Below the pieces are notes generated by a model that was not told the DNA's origin, made no database searches, and worked only from the letters and a program-made list of their open reading frames with translations. Both the position numbers and the translations under genes were made by a program. A DNA stretch of 64,000 nucleotides from Octopus bimaculoides (Eukaryota). Shown in pieces: positions 28,410-40,338 of the stretch. The stretch covers positions 41,192,234 to 41,256,233 of the forward strand of contig NC_068989.1 in the NCBI RefSeq assembly GCF_001194135.2, written 5' to 3'. Every line of letters begins with the position of its first letter. The first letter of the stretch is position 1.

Positions 28410-28745
28410 CACATGGCTCAGTGGTTAGAGAATCAGGCTCACAATCATGAGGTAGTGAGTTTGATTCCCAGACCGAGCTGTGTGTTGTATTCTTAAGCAA
28501 GACACTTTATTTCACATTGCTCCAATTCACTCAGCAGTAGAAATGAATTGTGATGTCACTGGTGCCAAGCTGTATTGGCATTTGCCTTTCTCTTGGATAA
28601 CATTGGTGGCATGGAGAAAGGACGCTGATATGCATGGGTGACTGCTGGTCTTCCATAAACAATGTTGCCCCGACTTGTATCTTGAAAGATAACTTTCTAG
28701 GTGCAACCCCATGGTCATTTATGACTGAAGAGGGTCTTTACCCTT
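28410..28745 (+). mobile_element. tRNA-headed SINE family B (long variant)
   Basis: tggctcagtggttag head. Body closely matches 60665-61010 and partly 19940-20040. Confidence 0.85.
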
Positions 28746-29160
28746 TACCCCTACCCCAAATTTAATCCTTAGTTAGGAGAAAATATGATCCTTGCTACCT
28801 CTACTGTGAAGATATTCACATTCATTAGGAGTATTAAAATTCTAAAATTTATACAAATCAGTTCAGATAATTATGATAAAAATATCTTAGTATAAGAAAC
28901 ATACAACCAGAAAATGGTTTCAAACTCTTACATAAATGATTATACTCTTATATCTTTACCACCACTACCATTATTTTGCCTATGGTTCATCAGTTTGCCT
29001 CCATTTACCAATAGTGTTCTGTGGTTGATTCAACTAACTTATGCCCTATCTCCCTCTACAAATGGGTGGACTTGTGCCAGACTTAAAAAATAACATTAGT
29101 AAAATGTATGAAATCATTTAAAAATAGAGTAGATCATCTCATTGGCCACAAGAAAACTAC

Positions 29161-29241
29161 CTTTGACTCAAGTGCTTTCTGTAAATGATTTATCTTCTTG
29201 GAACTACTATTTAATGCTTCTTGCAGTTGTCTAATTTCTTC
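29161..29241 (-). CDS. Coiled-coil exon EEIRQLQEALNSSSKKINHLQKALESK
   Basis: ttcttttcttgcag|GAA...AAG|gtagtt, 81 nt, phase 0/0, heptad-like L/I spacing. Confidence 0.85.
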
Positions 29242-29589
29242 CTGCAAGAAAAGAATTTTAAAAAATTGTTAATAAACTACACAAAATGATATAACCAGAA
29301 TAATAATAAACATTCAGAAGAAAAAAAAATATTAAAAAAAAAAACAATTTTGATACGTAACAAGTTTAAAGCTGATAGATTTTCAACAATAAGTTTAACG
29401 AGATATTATCATTTGAAAATAGGAAATAGTTTAATGACAAAATTCTTAAATTATAGTCTTATGACAAGAGCACTAAATAGTAATTTAGTTTACTGACAAG
29501 GCTAGTAAATAAGTTAGTTTAATAAAACTAGTAAATAAAGTTAGTTTAAAACAAGACTGGTAAATAATGCTTTATCACAACATTATTAA

Positions 29590-29808
29590 CCCTTTCGTTA
29601 CAGTATTTACTTTGAGATGCTCTGTGTTTCTTTCAATTACTTGAATACAACAAAAAATTTAGTAAAATAACTTAGTTATCATTAAGCTAGTGTTAGGAAC
29701 ATAAATTGTGACTAAGGTTTGGTGGAAGATTTTAATTCAAAACCTATGAAAACAAAACATTTGTACTCAGAGCCAGAGCCGATTTCAGCTGAGTTGGTAA
29801 CGAAAGGG
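29590..29808. mobile_element. piggyBac-like MITE with TTAA TSD. Relatives lie at about 40780-40929 (reverse), 63205-63410 and 6065-6200.
   Basis: TTAA|CCCTTTCGTTAC ... GTAACGAAAGGG|TTAA. Confidence 0.85.
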
Positions 29809-29882
29809 TTAAATAGCTTAGCTATATTATAAAACTGGTTAATAAGTTAATTTAGTGACAAGACTATTAAATAATACTTTAA

Positions 29883-30123
29883 CCCTTTTATTGCAGAAAG
29901 CAGGTGTATCTACTCAAAATTTCATTATTCTTAACGGCAGAAAGCAGTTATATATACCAATCTACCTTTTGTTGAGGTAAGTCATGTTTGAAACTATTTT
30001 CTGTTGGGATATATCAAGTTTATTGAAGCTATATAACTTGCAGGAAGTACCAATTCTACTTTTTGGTAGATATTTAATATTATTACTGGAATAACCATGA
30101 AATTTCATTTCACAGTGAAAGGG
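29883..30123. mobile_element. Second, unrelated piggyBac-like MITE
   Basis: TTAA|CCCTTTTA ... TGAAAGGG|TTAA. Confidence 0.65.
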
Positions 30124-31956
30124 TTAACCACAAGACTATTAAACAATATTTCATTTAATGAAAAGTCTATTAAAGTCATTTTAACGACAAAACTATTAAA
30201 GTTAGTTTAATGACAGGTTTATTAAATAATGGTTTAATGGCAAGACTATTAAATAATAAGTTTAATGACATGATTATTGATTAAGTTAGTTTCATAATAA
30301 CATTACTAAATAATAGTTTAATGACAAAATTATTAAATACTAGGTTAGGTTGATGACAAGACTATTAACAGTTCCATGTTAATTTACTGCCAAAACTATT
30401 AAATAGAACATTTAACAACAAGACTATTAAATAAAACATTTAACAACAAGACTATTAAATAAAACATTTAATAGCAGGATTACGAAATAGTTCAATAATA
30501 AAATTATTAAATAGTCTAATGACAAAACTATGAAATAGTTTAATGACATGAATGTGAACTGGAAAACTTTAATAACAATTTAATAACAAGTCAATCAGTT
30601 TAATGGCAAGACTTTTAAATACTTTAATGTTGAAACTATTTATCAGATAGTTTAATGACGAAAGTAGCTCATTGTTAGTTTAATGATAAACATATTAAAT
30701 AATTATAGCTTGTCAAAATCATTAAATAATTTAATGACAAAACTAATTAGTTTAACTACAAGAATACAAAATGGAAAGTTAGCTTAATGACAAAATTATT
30801 AAATTAGTTGAATGACAACACTAAAAATAATTCATTTAATTAAATGGCTAAAAAATGGAAAATTAGTTTAATAACAAGACTGTTAATTAGATAGTTAAAT
30901 GATAAAAAATATTAAATAGTTAGTTTAATGACAAAACTACTATATAATCAGTTTAATGACAAGAATATTAAACAATTTGATGGAAAGACAATTAAATTAG
31001 ATATAACAGAGGCTTGTAAATCATCTAGGTTTAAGCATACATGAAACACAACAGCTGAGTAAGTACTAAACATAATATAGTGAGGAAAACCTTTTCATTA
31101 ATTAAAAACACCCCTGCAATGACTACAAGGACACACTGGGTACACAGCTCATGCTAATCAAATTTTCCCTCTGCCTTCATTAGATTTAATTAATATGAGT
31201 CATTCATCATTATCATCAGTAACAGCAGCAGTGGTAGCAGTATCATTTAATGACCATGCCAAAACAGACAGTGAAGCTCGGTGCAGTCCTCTCATTTTCC
31301 ACCTCCTGTCAAACCATCAAAATGAGTGAAAGCGTGCACAAGCAAAAGTTACAGCAGGGAAGACAGATACTAAAGGATGATGATGTTCCATGCTAACATA
31401 GGTAAGACAGTTTGACAGGATCTCAGAGGTTTGCATTGTACTTCAATGTCTGCTTTGCCACGGTTTTCTGGGGCTGGATACAATCACTTTACATCAATCA
31501 CTTTACAGTGTGTACTGGATGCTTTGTTCCATGGCACCAGCACTAGTGAGGTCACTATGCACTTTTGCAATGACTAAAATCCCTTTGAACTGGGTGGGGT
31601 TACAGTAGAGAGGGAGATAGCATTATGCAATGAGAAGAAAGGTTAACGTATAAAAAATAGGATCAGAACAAAACAGGTTTCTTGTTGTAGAGGAGCTATA
31701 TGGCTACCCATGTTATTAAAGAGAGGGTGAGAGTGATCAAAATGGAGGTGGAAGAAGATATAAGAATAGTAATGAGGTGTCAGGGTGGACCCTCAAGATA
31801 CAAAGGTGATAAGTAGGTGACAAGCATAAGTTCACTTCTCCTCACTACAACAGTAATTTTAATTATTATTTCTTAGTTCACTATGTCAATTATGTTAGCA
31901 CTCAATCAGTTTGTTACTTTAACAACAAAAGTGACAAATGAAAAAATTAGTTTAAC

Positions 31957-32091
31957 CTGTAATATATATTTATCCTTTGCCTCTTCTGTTTTTTGGTTTA
32001 CCCCATCATTTAACAATACATCTAAATCTTTTTCTTTCATCTGCAGAACAAGATCTCTTAGTTTTTTCCAACGCCACTCTGAAGATGATAG
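31957..32091 (-). CDS. Coding exon LSSSEWRWKKLRDLVLQMKEKDLDVLLNDGVNQKTEEAKDKYILQ
   Basis: Strong acceptor ctttctttctctttag|CTA, donor CAG|gttaaa (an in-frame alternative GGG|gtaaac lies 45 nt earlier), 135 nt, phase 0/0. Confidence 0.75.
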
Positions 32092-32675
32092 CTAAAGAGA
32101 AAGAAAGACAGAGAAAAAGAGAAATAATGGAATGGAATGGAATTCAAGTTGTAAGTTCTGGTGAAAGAACAAAAATGGGTTTTGTTGGTTCTTATTGTAG
32201 TGCAATGCAGCTGTGGGTAACCTAGTTGCAAAACATTAGTGTTACATCAGTGGAGAAAGATAGGTCACACACAATACTGAAAACAAAATGGAAAGAGTGA
32301 ATTAAAAAAAAAAGCTTCTATTGGTCAGATTCCAAGATGGAAACATAACAAAAAAGCCATAGGTACAACCTAGTGATACAAATAAAGAGGAAAATGAAAA
32401 AAAAAGAAAAAAAAACGATGGGAACTTAGATTTTATTCCCTCAAAAGGAAAAAAATATAACATAGATCAGTTTTCAAATTTTTGTTTAATTTTCTTTAAT
32501 AAACTTTAGTTTTTACTTCCATCACAATCAAATTACTATTGATACACAGATAAATATATATATATATACATACAAATACATACGTATATACACACATATA
32601 TACATACGTACATACACATACATACATATACGTATTTATATATATGAATATATATAATATATATACATATATATG

Positions 32676-32810
32676 GTGATTAAATTCAAAATAAGCAACA
32701 AGGATATACAAAAGTAATGCAGTGCGATCATTTCATGCGACTCCATTTAATTGAGCGATCGTACTGCATTACTTTTGGATATCCTTGTTGCTTATTTTGA
32801 TTTTAATCAC
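32676..32810. repeat. Hairpin, 54-bp arms (3 mismatches), 27-nt loop
   Basis: gtgattaaattcaaaataagcaacaaggatatacaaaagtaatgcagtgcgatc pairs with 32757-32810. Confidence 0.85.
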
Positions 32811-33005
32811 ATTATTTTGAAACTGTATGGATAATACACTACAAAATTCTGGTGCCTAAACTTAAGCACCATATTCACCTGAATCTAAATTTTTTACATA
32901 TATATATATGTGCATATACATATATATATATGCATATATAGAGAGGCATATATATATATATCTATATGCATATATACACATATGCAATTACACACACACA
33001 TACAC

Positions 33006-33046
<41 letters not shown>

Positions 33047-33164
33047 TATATATATATATATCAATATCTATATATCTATGTGCATATATATAAATATATT
33101 TATACACACATGTAAACATATGTATATATATATAAATATTTATATTTACATATCTATATATATG

Positions 33165-33368
33165 CAACGACGAGGGTCTCAGCTGATACGATCAACGGAA
33201 CAGCTTGCTCGTGAAATTAACATGCAAGTGACTGAGCAATCCACAGACACGTGTACCCCCCAACGTAGTTCTCAGGGAGACTCAGCCTGACGCATAGCGT
33301 GACAAGTCTGGCCCTTTCAAATACAGGTACTACTCATTTTTGCCAGCTGAGTGGATTGGAGCAACATG
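33165..33368 (-). mobile_element. SINE family B 3' part, cut by a gap
   Basis: gatcaacggaacagc...cgtgaaattaac...cacagacacgtgtaccc matches 21880-22010. Confidence 0.8.
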
Positions 33369-33468
33369 NNNNNNNNNNNNNNNNNNNNNNNNNNNNNNNN
33401 NNNNNNNNNNNNNNNNNNNNNNNNNNNNNNNNNNNNNNNNNNNNNNNNNNNNNNNNNNNNNNNNNNNN

Positions 33469-34448
33469 CATATGCTTGGGTATTATGGACGAGCAGCTAG
33501 AAGAAAACCTTTCCTTCAGCCAATTAATATCATGAAAAGAAAGAAATGAGCTAAGGAGATGCCAGAAAAATCCAGTTCATTTTGGGATAGAGTGATTTTC
33601 TCAGATGAATCCAGATTTGCATTATTTTCAGATAGTGTTCATGTTTGGGTCTGGAGATTTCCCAATCAAGAATTTGATTTGAATCAACTCAAACCAACTG
33701 TGAACCATAGCAGTATCTCTGTAACGGTATAGGGAGCTGTCACCAGCAATGGTCGTTCTGAGCTGATTGAATGTGTTGGAACCATAAACTCTGAAAAATA
33801 CATCGAAATACTTAAGCAAGGACTACTTCTGATGTATTCACATGATAACATGATGAAAACGAGTTTTTATTCATGGAAGACGGGGCTCCATGCCACACAA
33901 CGAAAAGGAATCAACAATGGCTGACTGAAAATGGGATCAAAAAGCTTCCTTGGCCGAGCCAATCTCCTGACATGAACCAATTGAAAATCTTTGGAGCATA
34001 TTAGATAGAGCTATACGAAAAACTGGACAGAAACCTAAATCTAAAGGTGAGCGAAACCTAAATCTAAGGTGGTGAGCTGGCAGAAACGTTAGCACGCCGG
34101 GCGAAATGCTTAGCAGTATTTCGTCTGCCACAACGTTCTGAGTTCAAATTCCGCCGAGGTTGACTATGCTTTTCATCCTTTCGGGGTAGATAAATTAAGT
34201 ACCAGTTACACACTGGGGTCGATGTAATCGACTTAATCCCTTTGTCTGTCCTTGTTTGTCCCCTCTATGTTTAGCCCGTTGTGGGCAATAAAGAAATAAG
34301 AAACGTAAATCTAAAGATGAATTGTTTCGATTGTTGTGTAAAACGTGGGCAGAAATTCCACAAGTGACAATCATAAAACTCATCAGTTCAATGCCAAAAA
34401 GAGTTTCTGAATTAAAAACTGCAAATGGAATGTCAACTCAATACTAAA
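33469..34448 (+). mobile_element. Tc1-family DD34E transposase pseudogene interrupted by a SINE
   Basis: GYYGRAARRKPFL...WDRVIFSDESRF...EDGAPCH...WPSQSPDMN(P)IENLW. 34 residues lie between the second D and E. Stops and frameshifts are present. Confidence 0.92.
34068..34299 (+). mobile_element. Young SINE family A (core gcctttcatcctttcggggtcgataaattaagtaccag) nested in a Tc1 transposase
   Basis: Full copy ggtgagctggcagaaacgttagcacg...aaagaaataa, flanked by gaaacc/gtaaatctaa duplications. Confidence 0.9.
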
Positions 34449-34616
34449 GTATGTAGTCCTACCTATCGATTACATTTGAATTGTTCGCTTTGCGTATTAA
34501 ATGAAAGATTTTGAAAATAAAATGTGCCTATTTAGTCCCTGCACATGTGTGTATATGTGATGATGATGATGATATACATATATATACATATACCCATATA
34601 GATATATACATTATCA

Positions 34617-35545
34617 TCATCATCGTTTAACATCTGCTTTCCATGCTGGCATGGGTTAGTCAGTTTGACTGGAGACTGGCAAGCCAGGAGGCCTCACAGG
34701 CTCCAATCTCATCTGGTATGGTTCTACAGCTGGATGTAACGCCAACCACTCCAAGAATATAGTGGGTTGTTTTTATGTGCCACCAGCACGGGAGCCAGTC
34801 AGGCAACACTGGCATCGGCCACAACTACAATTTCCATTTTTGATTGTGATTTGATTTTTGATTTTACTCGACACAATAGGTCTTCTCAAATACAGCATGT
34901 TGCCCTACGATTCAAAGGTACTTTTTAAATGGGCCAGTTATGCAACACTGGTATAGGCTACAGCTGTGATCTCACTTTATTTGCCAGGTCTTCTCAATCA
35001 CAGCATATATCCAGAGGTCTCGGTCTCTTGTCATCGCCTCTGTGTGGCCCAACATTTTGAAGGTCATGCTTCACTACTTCCTCCCATGTCTTCGTCTTCC
35101 ACGAGTTCCTTCCACTGTTAGGGAATGGCACTTCTTCACACAGTTCTCCTCATCCATATGTAGCTCATGACCACACCAGCGCAGACATCTTGCACACCAC
35201 ATCTGATGCTTTTTATGTCCCAACATTTCTCTTAGGGCGCTTACACTCAGTTGTGCGTACACTGACATTACACATCCAGCGGATCATACTAGCTTCATTT
35301 CTTTCAAGCCTACGCATGTCTTCAGCAATCATGGCCCATGTTTCACTGCCATATAGCATGGTAGTTTGCACACATGTGTCATACAGTCTACCATTCACTC
35401 TATAGAGGTAGGAGCTTTCTGAACTTTGTCCAGGCTATTCTTATTCTAGTGGCAATGCTGTCCGAGCATCTACTCCCAATACAGTCTTGGTCACCTAGGT
35501 AGCAGAAGCTATCAACTACTTCCGGTTTCTTCCCCTGGCATTTGA
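34617..35545 (-). mobile_element. 5'-truncated RTE LINE, degenerate RT C-terminus, 3' UTR and (GAT)n tail
   Basis: EVVDSFCYLGD...RIRIAW.KFR.LLPL / RLYDTCVQTTMLYGSETW / LRWCGH motifs across frameshifts. Confidence 0.9.
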
Positions 35546-36312
35546 TACACACACATATATATATGTATATATATATATACATACATANNNNNNNNNNNNN
35601 NNNNNNNNNNNNNNNNNNNNNNNNNNNNNNNNNNNNNNNNNNNNNNNNNNNNNNNNNNNNNNNNNNNNNNNNNNNNNNNNNNNNNNNNNNNNNNNNNNNN
35701 NNNNNNNNNNNNNNNNNNNNNNNNNNNNNNNNNNNNNNNNNNNNNNNNNNNNNNNNNNNNNNNNNNNNNNNNNNNNNNNNNNNNNNNNNNNNNNNNNNNN
35801 NNNNNNNNNNNNNNNNNNNNNNNNNNNNNNNNNNNNNNNNNNNNNNNNNNNNNNNNNNNNNNNNNNNNNNNNNNNNNNNNNNNNNNNNNNNNNNNNNNNN
35901 NNNNNNNNNNNNNNNNNNNNNNNNNNNNNNNNNNNNNNNNNNNNNNNNNNNNNNNNNNNNNNNNNNNNNNNNNNNNNNNNNNNNNNNNNNNNNNNNNNNN
36001 NNNNNNNNNNNNNNNNNNNNNNNNNNNNNNNNNNNNNNNNNNNNNNNNNNNNNNNNNNNNNNNNNNNNNNNNNNNNNNNNNNNNNNNNNNNNNNNNNNNN
36101 NNNNNNNNNNNNNNNNNNNNNNNNNNNNNNNNNATACATACATATATATATATACACACATACACATGCATACATACATATGTATATATATATATACATA
36201 CATACATATATACATACATATATACATACATATAGATATGTATGTATATATGTATGTATACATACACACATAGATTTATACAGATATATATATACCCATA
36301 TATGTAGGCATA

Positions 36313-36350
<38 letters not shown>

Positions 36351-36955
36351 CATACATTTATATACATACATATATATACATACATATACAAACATTTATA
36401 TGCATACATATATATACATACATATATATACACATACATACATACATACATACATATATGTTGGTATGTGTATGCATGAGTGAATGTTTGTCAGATTGCA
36501 GTGTGTTAACAATGAGTGAAAGCGTGCACAAGCAAAGGTAAGATTGAAATATTTAGTGTTTTGTGCAAACAGTTTTTATGATTTTATAAAGGAAGTTTTC
36601 AAATAATACAATTATAAGAGCAGAGTTAAATGAATGCAGTGAGGGCATATCAACATCATCATCATTTACTGTCTATGTTCCAACCTGGCATGGGTTGGAT
36701 GGTTTGACAGGACCCACTGGGTCAAGCACAGCATTGTGCTCCTGTGTGCTTTGACAAGGTTCCTACGACAGATGCCCTTCCTAAACATGGACTTGTTGCT
36801 ATTTTCATGGTAGAAACACTTGTAAAGTTGCCAGCACTAATAAAGTCACTTAGTACAGAGTGTATATAAATGTGTGTACTTACATGTATATATGTGTGTG
36901 TGTGTATGTGTGTATATATATTTGTGTGTGCGCATGTGTGTATATATGGATGGAT

Positions 36956-37010
<55 letters not shown>

Positions 37011-37582
37011 NNNNNNNNNNNNNNNNNNNNNNNNNNNNNNNNNNNNNNNNNNNNNNNNNNNNNNNNNNNNNNNNNNNNNNNNNNNNNNNNNNNNNNNNNN
37101 NNNNNNNNNNNNNNNNNNNNNNNNNNNNNNNNNNNNNNNNNNNNNNNNNNNNNNNNNNNNNNNNNNNNNNNNNNNNNNNNNNNNNNNNNNNNNNNNNNNN
37201 NNNNNNNNNNNNNNNNNNNNNNNNNNNNNNNNNNNNNNNNNNNNNNNNNNNNNNNNNNNNNNNNNNNNNNNNNNNNNNNNNNNNNNNNNNNNNNNNNNNN
37301 NNNNNNNNNNNNNNNNNNNNNNNNNNNNNNNNNNNNNNNNNNNNNNNNNNNNNNNNNNNNNNNNNNNNNNNNNNNNNNNNNNNNNNNNNNNNNNNNNNNN
37401 NNNNNNNNNNNNNNNNNNNNNNNNNNNNNNNNNNNNNNNNNNNNNNNNNNNNNNNNNNNNNNNNNNNNNNNNNNNNNNNNNNNNNNNNNNNNNNNNNNNN
37501 NNNNNNNNNNNNNNNNNNNNNNNNNNNNNNNNNNNNNNNNNNNNNNNNNNTAAATACGTAGATGTGTGTGCATATATCATCA

Positions 37583-37790
37583 TCATCATCATCATCATCG
37601 TTTAACGTCCGCCTTCCATGCTAGCATGGGTTGGATGATTTGACTGAGGACTGGTGAAACCAGATGGCTACACAAGGCTCCAATCTGATTTGGCAGAGTT
37701 TCTACAGCTGGATACCCTTCCTAATGCCAACCACTCAGAGAGTGTAGTGGGTGCTTTTACATGTCACCCGCACGAAGGCCAGTCAAGCGG
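37583..37790 (-). mobile_element. RTE 3'-UTR/tail fragment. Similar pieces lie at 26250-26400, 31200-31600, 36650-36830, 38670-38880, 58030-58250 and 60480-60550.
   Basis: catcatcgtttaacgtccg...ccatgctagcatgggttgg...tttctacagctggat...cttcctaatgccaacc. Confidence 0.8.
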
Positions 37791-37819
37791 TATATATATA
37801 TATATATATATATATTTTT

Positions 37820-38653
37820 CGAGGTGGTATCAAAAGTTCCCAGACTAGTTCTACAGCATACCAACAAATGACAGCACACAGTTGCGTACACAGTGCGAGC
37901 TAGCTGTGACCTTCATGAGGCAGTGTGTTGAGAGATGTCACTGTGTTTATTTCATAAATTGTGAAATTTGTGATTACATGTATGCTGTAGTCTGCAATCT
38001 TCTCATGAACAAAGAACCAGTGTAAAATTTTGCATTAAACTTGGAAAGTTTGCTACAAAGACATCAAGCATACTTTGGAAAGATTATGGAAACGAGGCAA
38101 TGGGGTCGTATGCAATGTTTTGAGTGGCATGACTGCTTCAAAAGTGGAAGAATAACGTTGGAAGATGATGAGCGATTTGGAAGACCTGCCACAAGCGTCA
38201 TCCCCAGAAACGTGGTATTGTACATTGACAATTTGAACCCCGGAGCCAGACCCACAATTGAGAGTTATACTGTGATATTTTGAAGCATTTGACCTTGTCA
38301 CTGAGCTCTCCTCATTCGGGAGTTTCTCACCAAAAACAATGTGGTATTGCCTCTGCATCTATCATATTCACCAGATTTAGCACCTGCAGACTTCTATCTC
38401 TTTCCTAAGTTGAATATGCAGCTCAAAGGTCACTGTTTTAACACTATTGTTGAGATCTAGAGTGAATCGCAGAAGGTTCTCAACTCGCTTGTGGAAAATG
38501 AATTCCAGGCCAGATTCCAAAAGTGGTAGGAATGCTGGGACTGGTGTATTGCTGCGCAAAGTGATTAGGTTGAAGATGATTTTAAAGCTTAGGTAAAGAA
38601 GTTATTTTTTTTATTAAATATAACTAGTTCTGGAACTTTTTGATACCACCTCA
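37820..38653 (+). mobile_element. Internally deleted mariner element
   Basis: TIRs cgaggtggtatcaaaagttcc / ggaactttttgataccacctca. Remnants EQRTSVKFCIKLGK, EDDERFGRP and YSPDLAPADFYLFPKL. Confidence 0.9.
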
Positions 38654-38706
38654 TATATGCATGTCATCATCTTCATCTTCATTCAATATCCACCTTCCAT
38701 ACTAGC

Positions 38707-38763
38707 TTGAATTGGACACTTTGATTGGACACTTTGATTGGACACTTTGATTGGACACTTTGA
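38707..38763. repeat. 13-bp tandem repeat (TTGATTGGACACT) x about 4
   Basis: Directly visible; embedded in an RTE-tail-like fragment. Confidence 0.9.
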
Positions 38764-39247
38764 CAGGCATAAGGAAAGGTATCCAGTTGTAGAAACTAAT
38801 CTGAAGTAAACATTGAAGTTAGGTGCAACCCTCTGCTCATCAGTTCATGCCTAACTGCTGAAGCCATGCCACCATGGAAAAAGTGATATCAAATGATGAT
38901 GATGATGTATGTGTGTGTGTGTGTGTGCATCTATCTATCAAGTTACCTATCTATGTATCTATGTGTATGTGCTTGAGAATGTATGTATGTATATGTCTAT
39001 ATATATATGTATGTATGTATGTATATCTTTACAAATACTTCCAGAAATATTTTGCATTTAATACGTTAGCAACTGACAGTGATTTGATATGCAATTATTG
39101 GTACACTGGTGCATTCACAAAGAAATTACTTCAAGTAAGCTGGATGGGAGAGAACACATATTTATGTTAGCAGCTATTGCAGCAGGAGTGAAAAAAAGCA
39201 AGGGTGAGTGCTTTTGCTTTAATTCCTGTTCCCTAGAAAACCCTCAC

Positions 39248-39349
39248 CTTATTATTTAGTTTTGTGGGCTTCTCTGGACCCAGACAGCACCCCCAATATT
39301 GCAGAGAACAAATGAAACCAAGGTTTGACAGATATTGAGACAGCTTGAT
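39248..39349 (-). CDS. Coding exon IKLSQYLSNLGFICSLQYWGCCLGPEKPTKLNNK
   Basis: ctttttatttcag|ATC...AAG|gtgagg, 102 nt. The phase-0 frame is open to the donor; the phase-1 frame stops. Confidence 0.7.
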
Positions 39350-39994
39350 CTGAAATAAAAAGTGTTTAACCACAGGTATGTTCTATCACTGAGTGAATGA
39401 CAATCAAATAGGTTTTAGAGTAAGTTGAGCACAACTTATAAAATAAACAGTGTATTTATGATTGGGATTGTGATGGGTGGAACTTTCAAAATATGGATTG
39501 GAATAAAGCACCTTCATACAAGAAATGCAGATTGAAATAAAGTATCTTTGATTTCTAACTTCTAAGGGAAAGTAATACAAAAGTGGCAATTCAGTACAAT
39601 ATATAAGGATTCACTGGACCATATGTATATGTGTGTGTAAATGTGTCTGTCTGTCTGTGTCTGTGTAGATATACATATGTTTAGAAATTAACTAACCATG
39701 ACATTTTCCTCACTCAAATTGTAGAGAGGTTAAGTCCTTCCAACCATTTGAGTCTGACAAGTCACTTGTATGGCTAAGCATTTTATAGGTGTAAAACCGA
39801 TTAAAAACAAAAGTAAGCAACAGCTATGGGGGCCACTATTAACAGTGAGCCATAAACACTCTTGACTACAAAGTTGTCTTCTTTTTCTACATGTGTTGCT
39901 CATTCCCACTTTACTGAGAATTTGGCTATTCCTGCTTTAGAGGGAACAGTGTGACAGGGTTAGGGATGACTGATGACTTGCATGATGACTTTGT

Positions 39995-40293
39995 ACCAGT
40001 TGTGCACTGGGGTCAATCATCTCAATTAACCCCCTTCCCCAAAATTTCAGGCCTTGTGCCTATAGTAGAAAGGATTATTATTATTATTATTATGGCGATG
40101 AGCTGGGTGAAGTATTACCATGCCAAACAACTAGCTTAGCAGTATTTCTTTCAGCTTTATAGTCTGAGTTCAACTTTGTCTTTCATCCTTTCAGAGTCAA
40201 TAGAATAGGTACCAGTTGCGCACTGAGGTCAATGCAATCAACTTACCCCCTCTTCTGGTCTTGCTGGCCTTATGCCAAAATCTTCAACTATTA

Positions 40294-40338
<45 letters not shown>

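Larger units (their letters stand above)
29425..31000. repeat. Degenerate AT-rich minisatellite, unit about 27-30 bp, consensus AGTTTAATGACAAGACTATTAAATAAT
   Basis: Dozens of diverged tttaatgacaa...tattaaa units, with near-perfect 28-bp units at about 30395-30470. Interrupted by two MITEs. Confidence 0.85.

Noticed and set aside
29425-31000. CRISPR-like appearance of the about 28-bp repeat array
   Set aside because: Units are contiguous and degenerate with no unique spacers or cas genes, in eukaryotic context.
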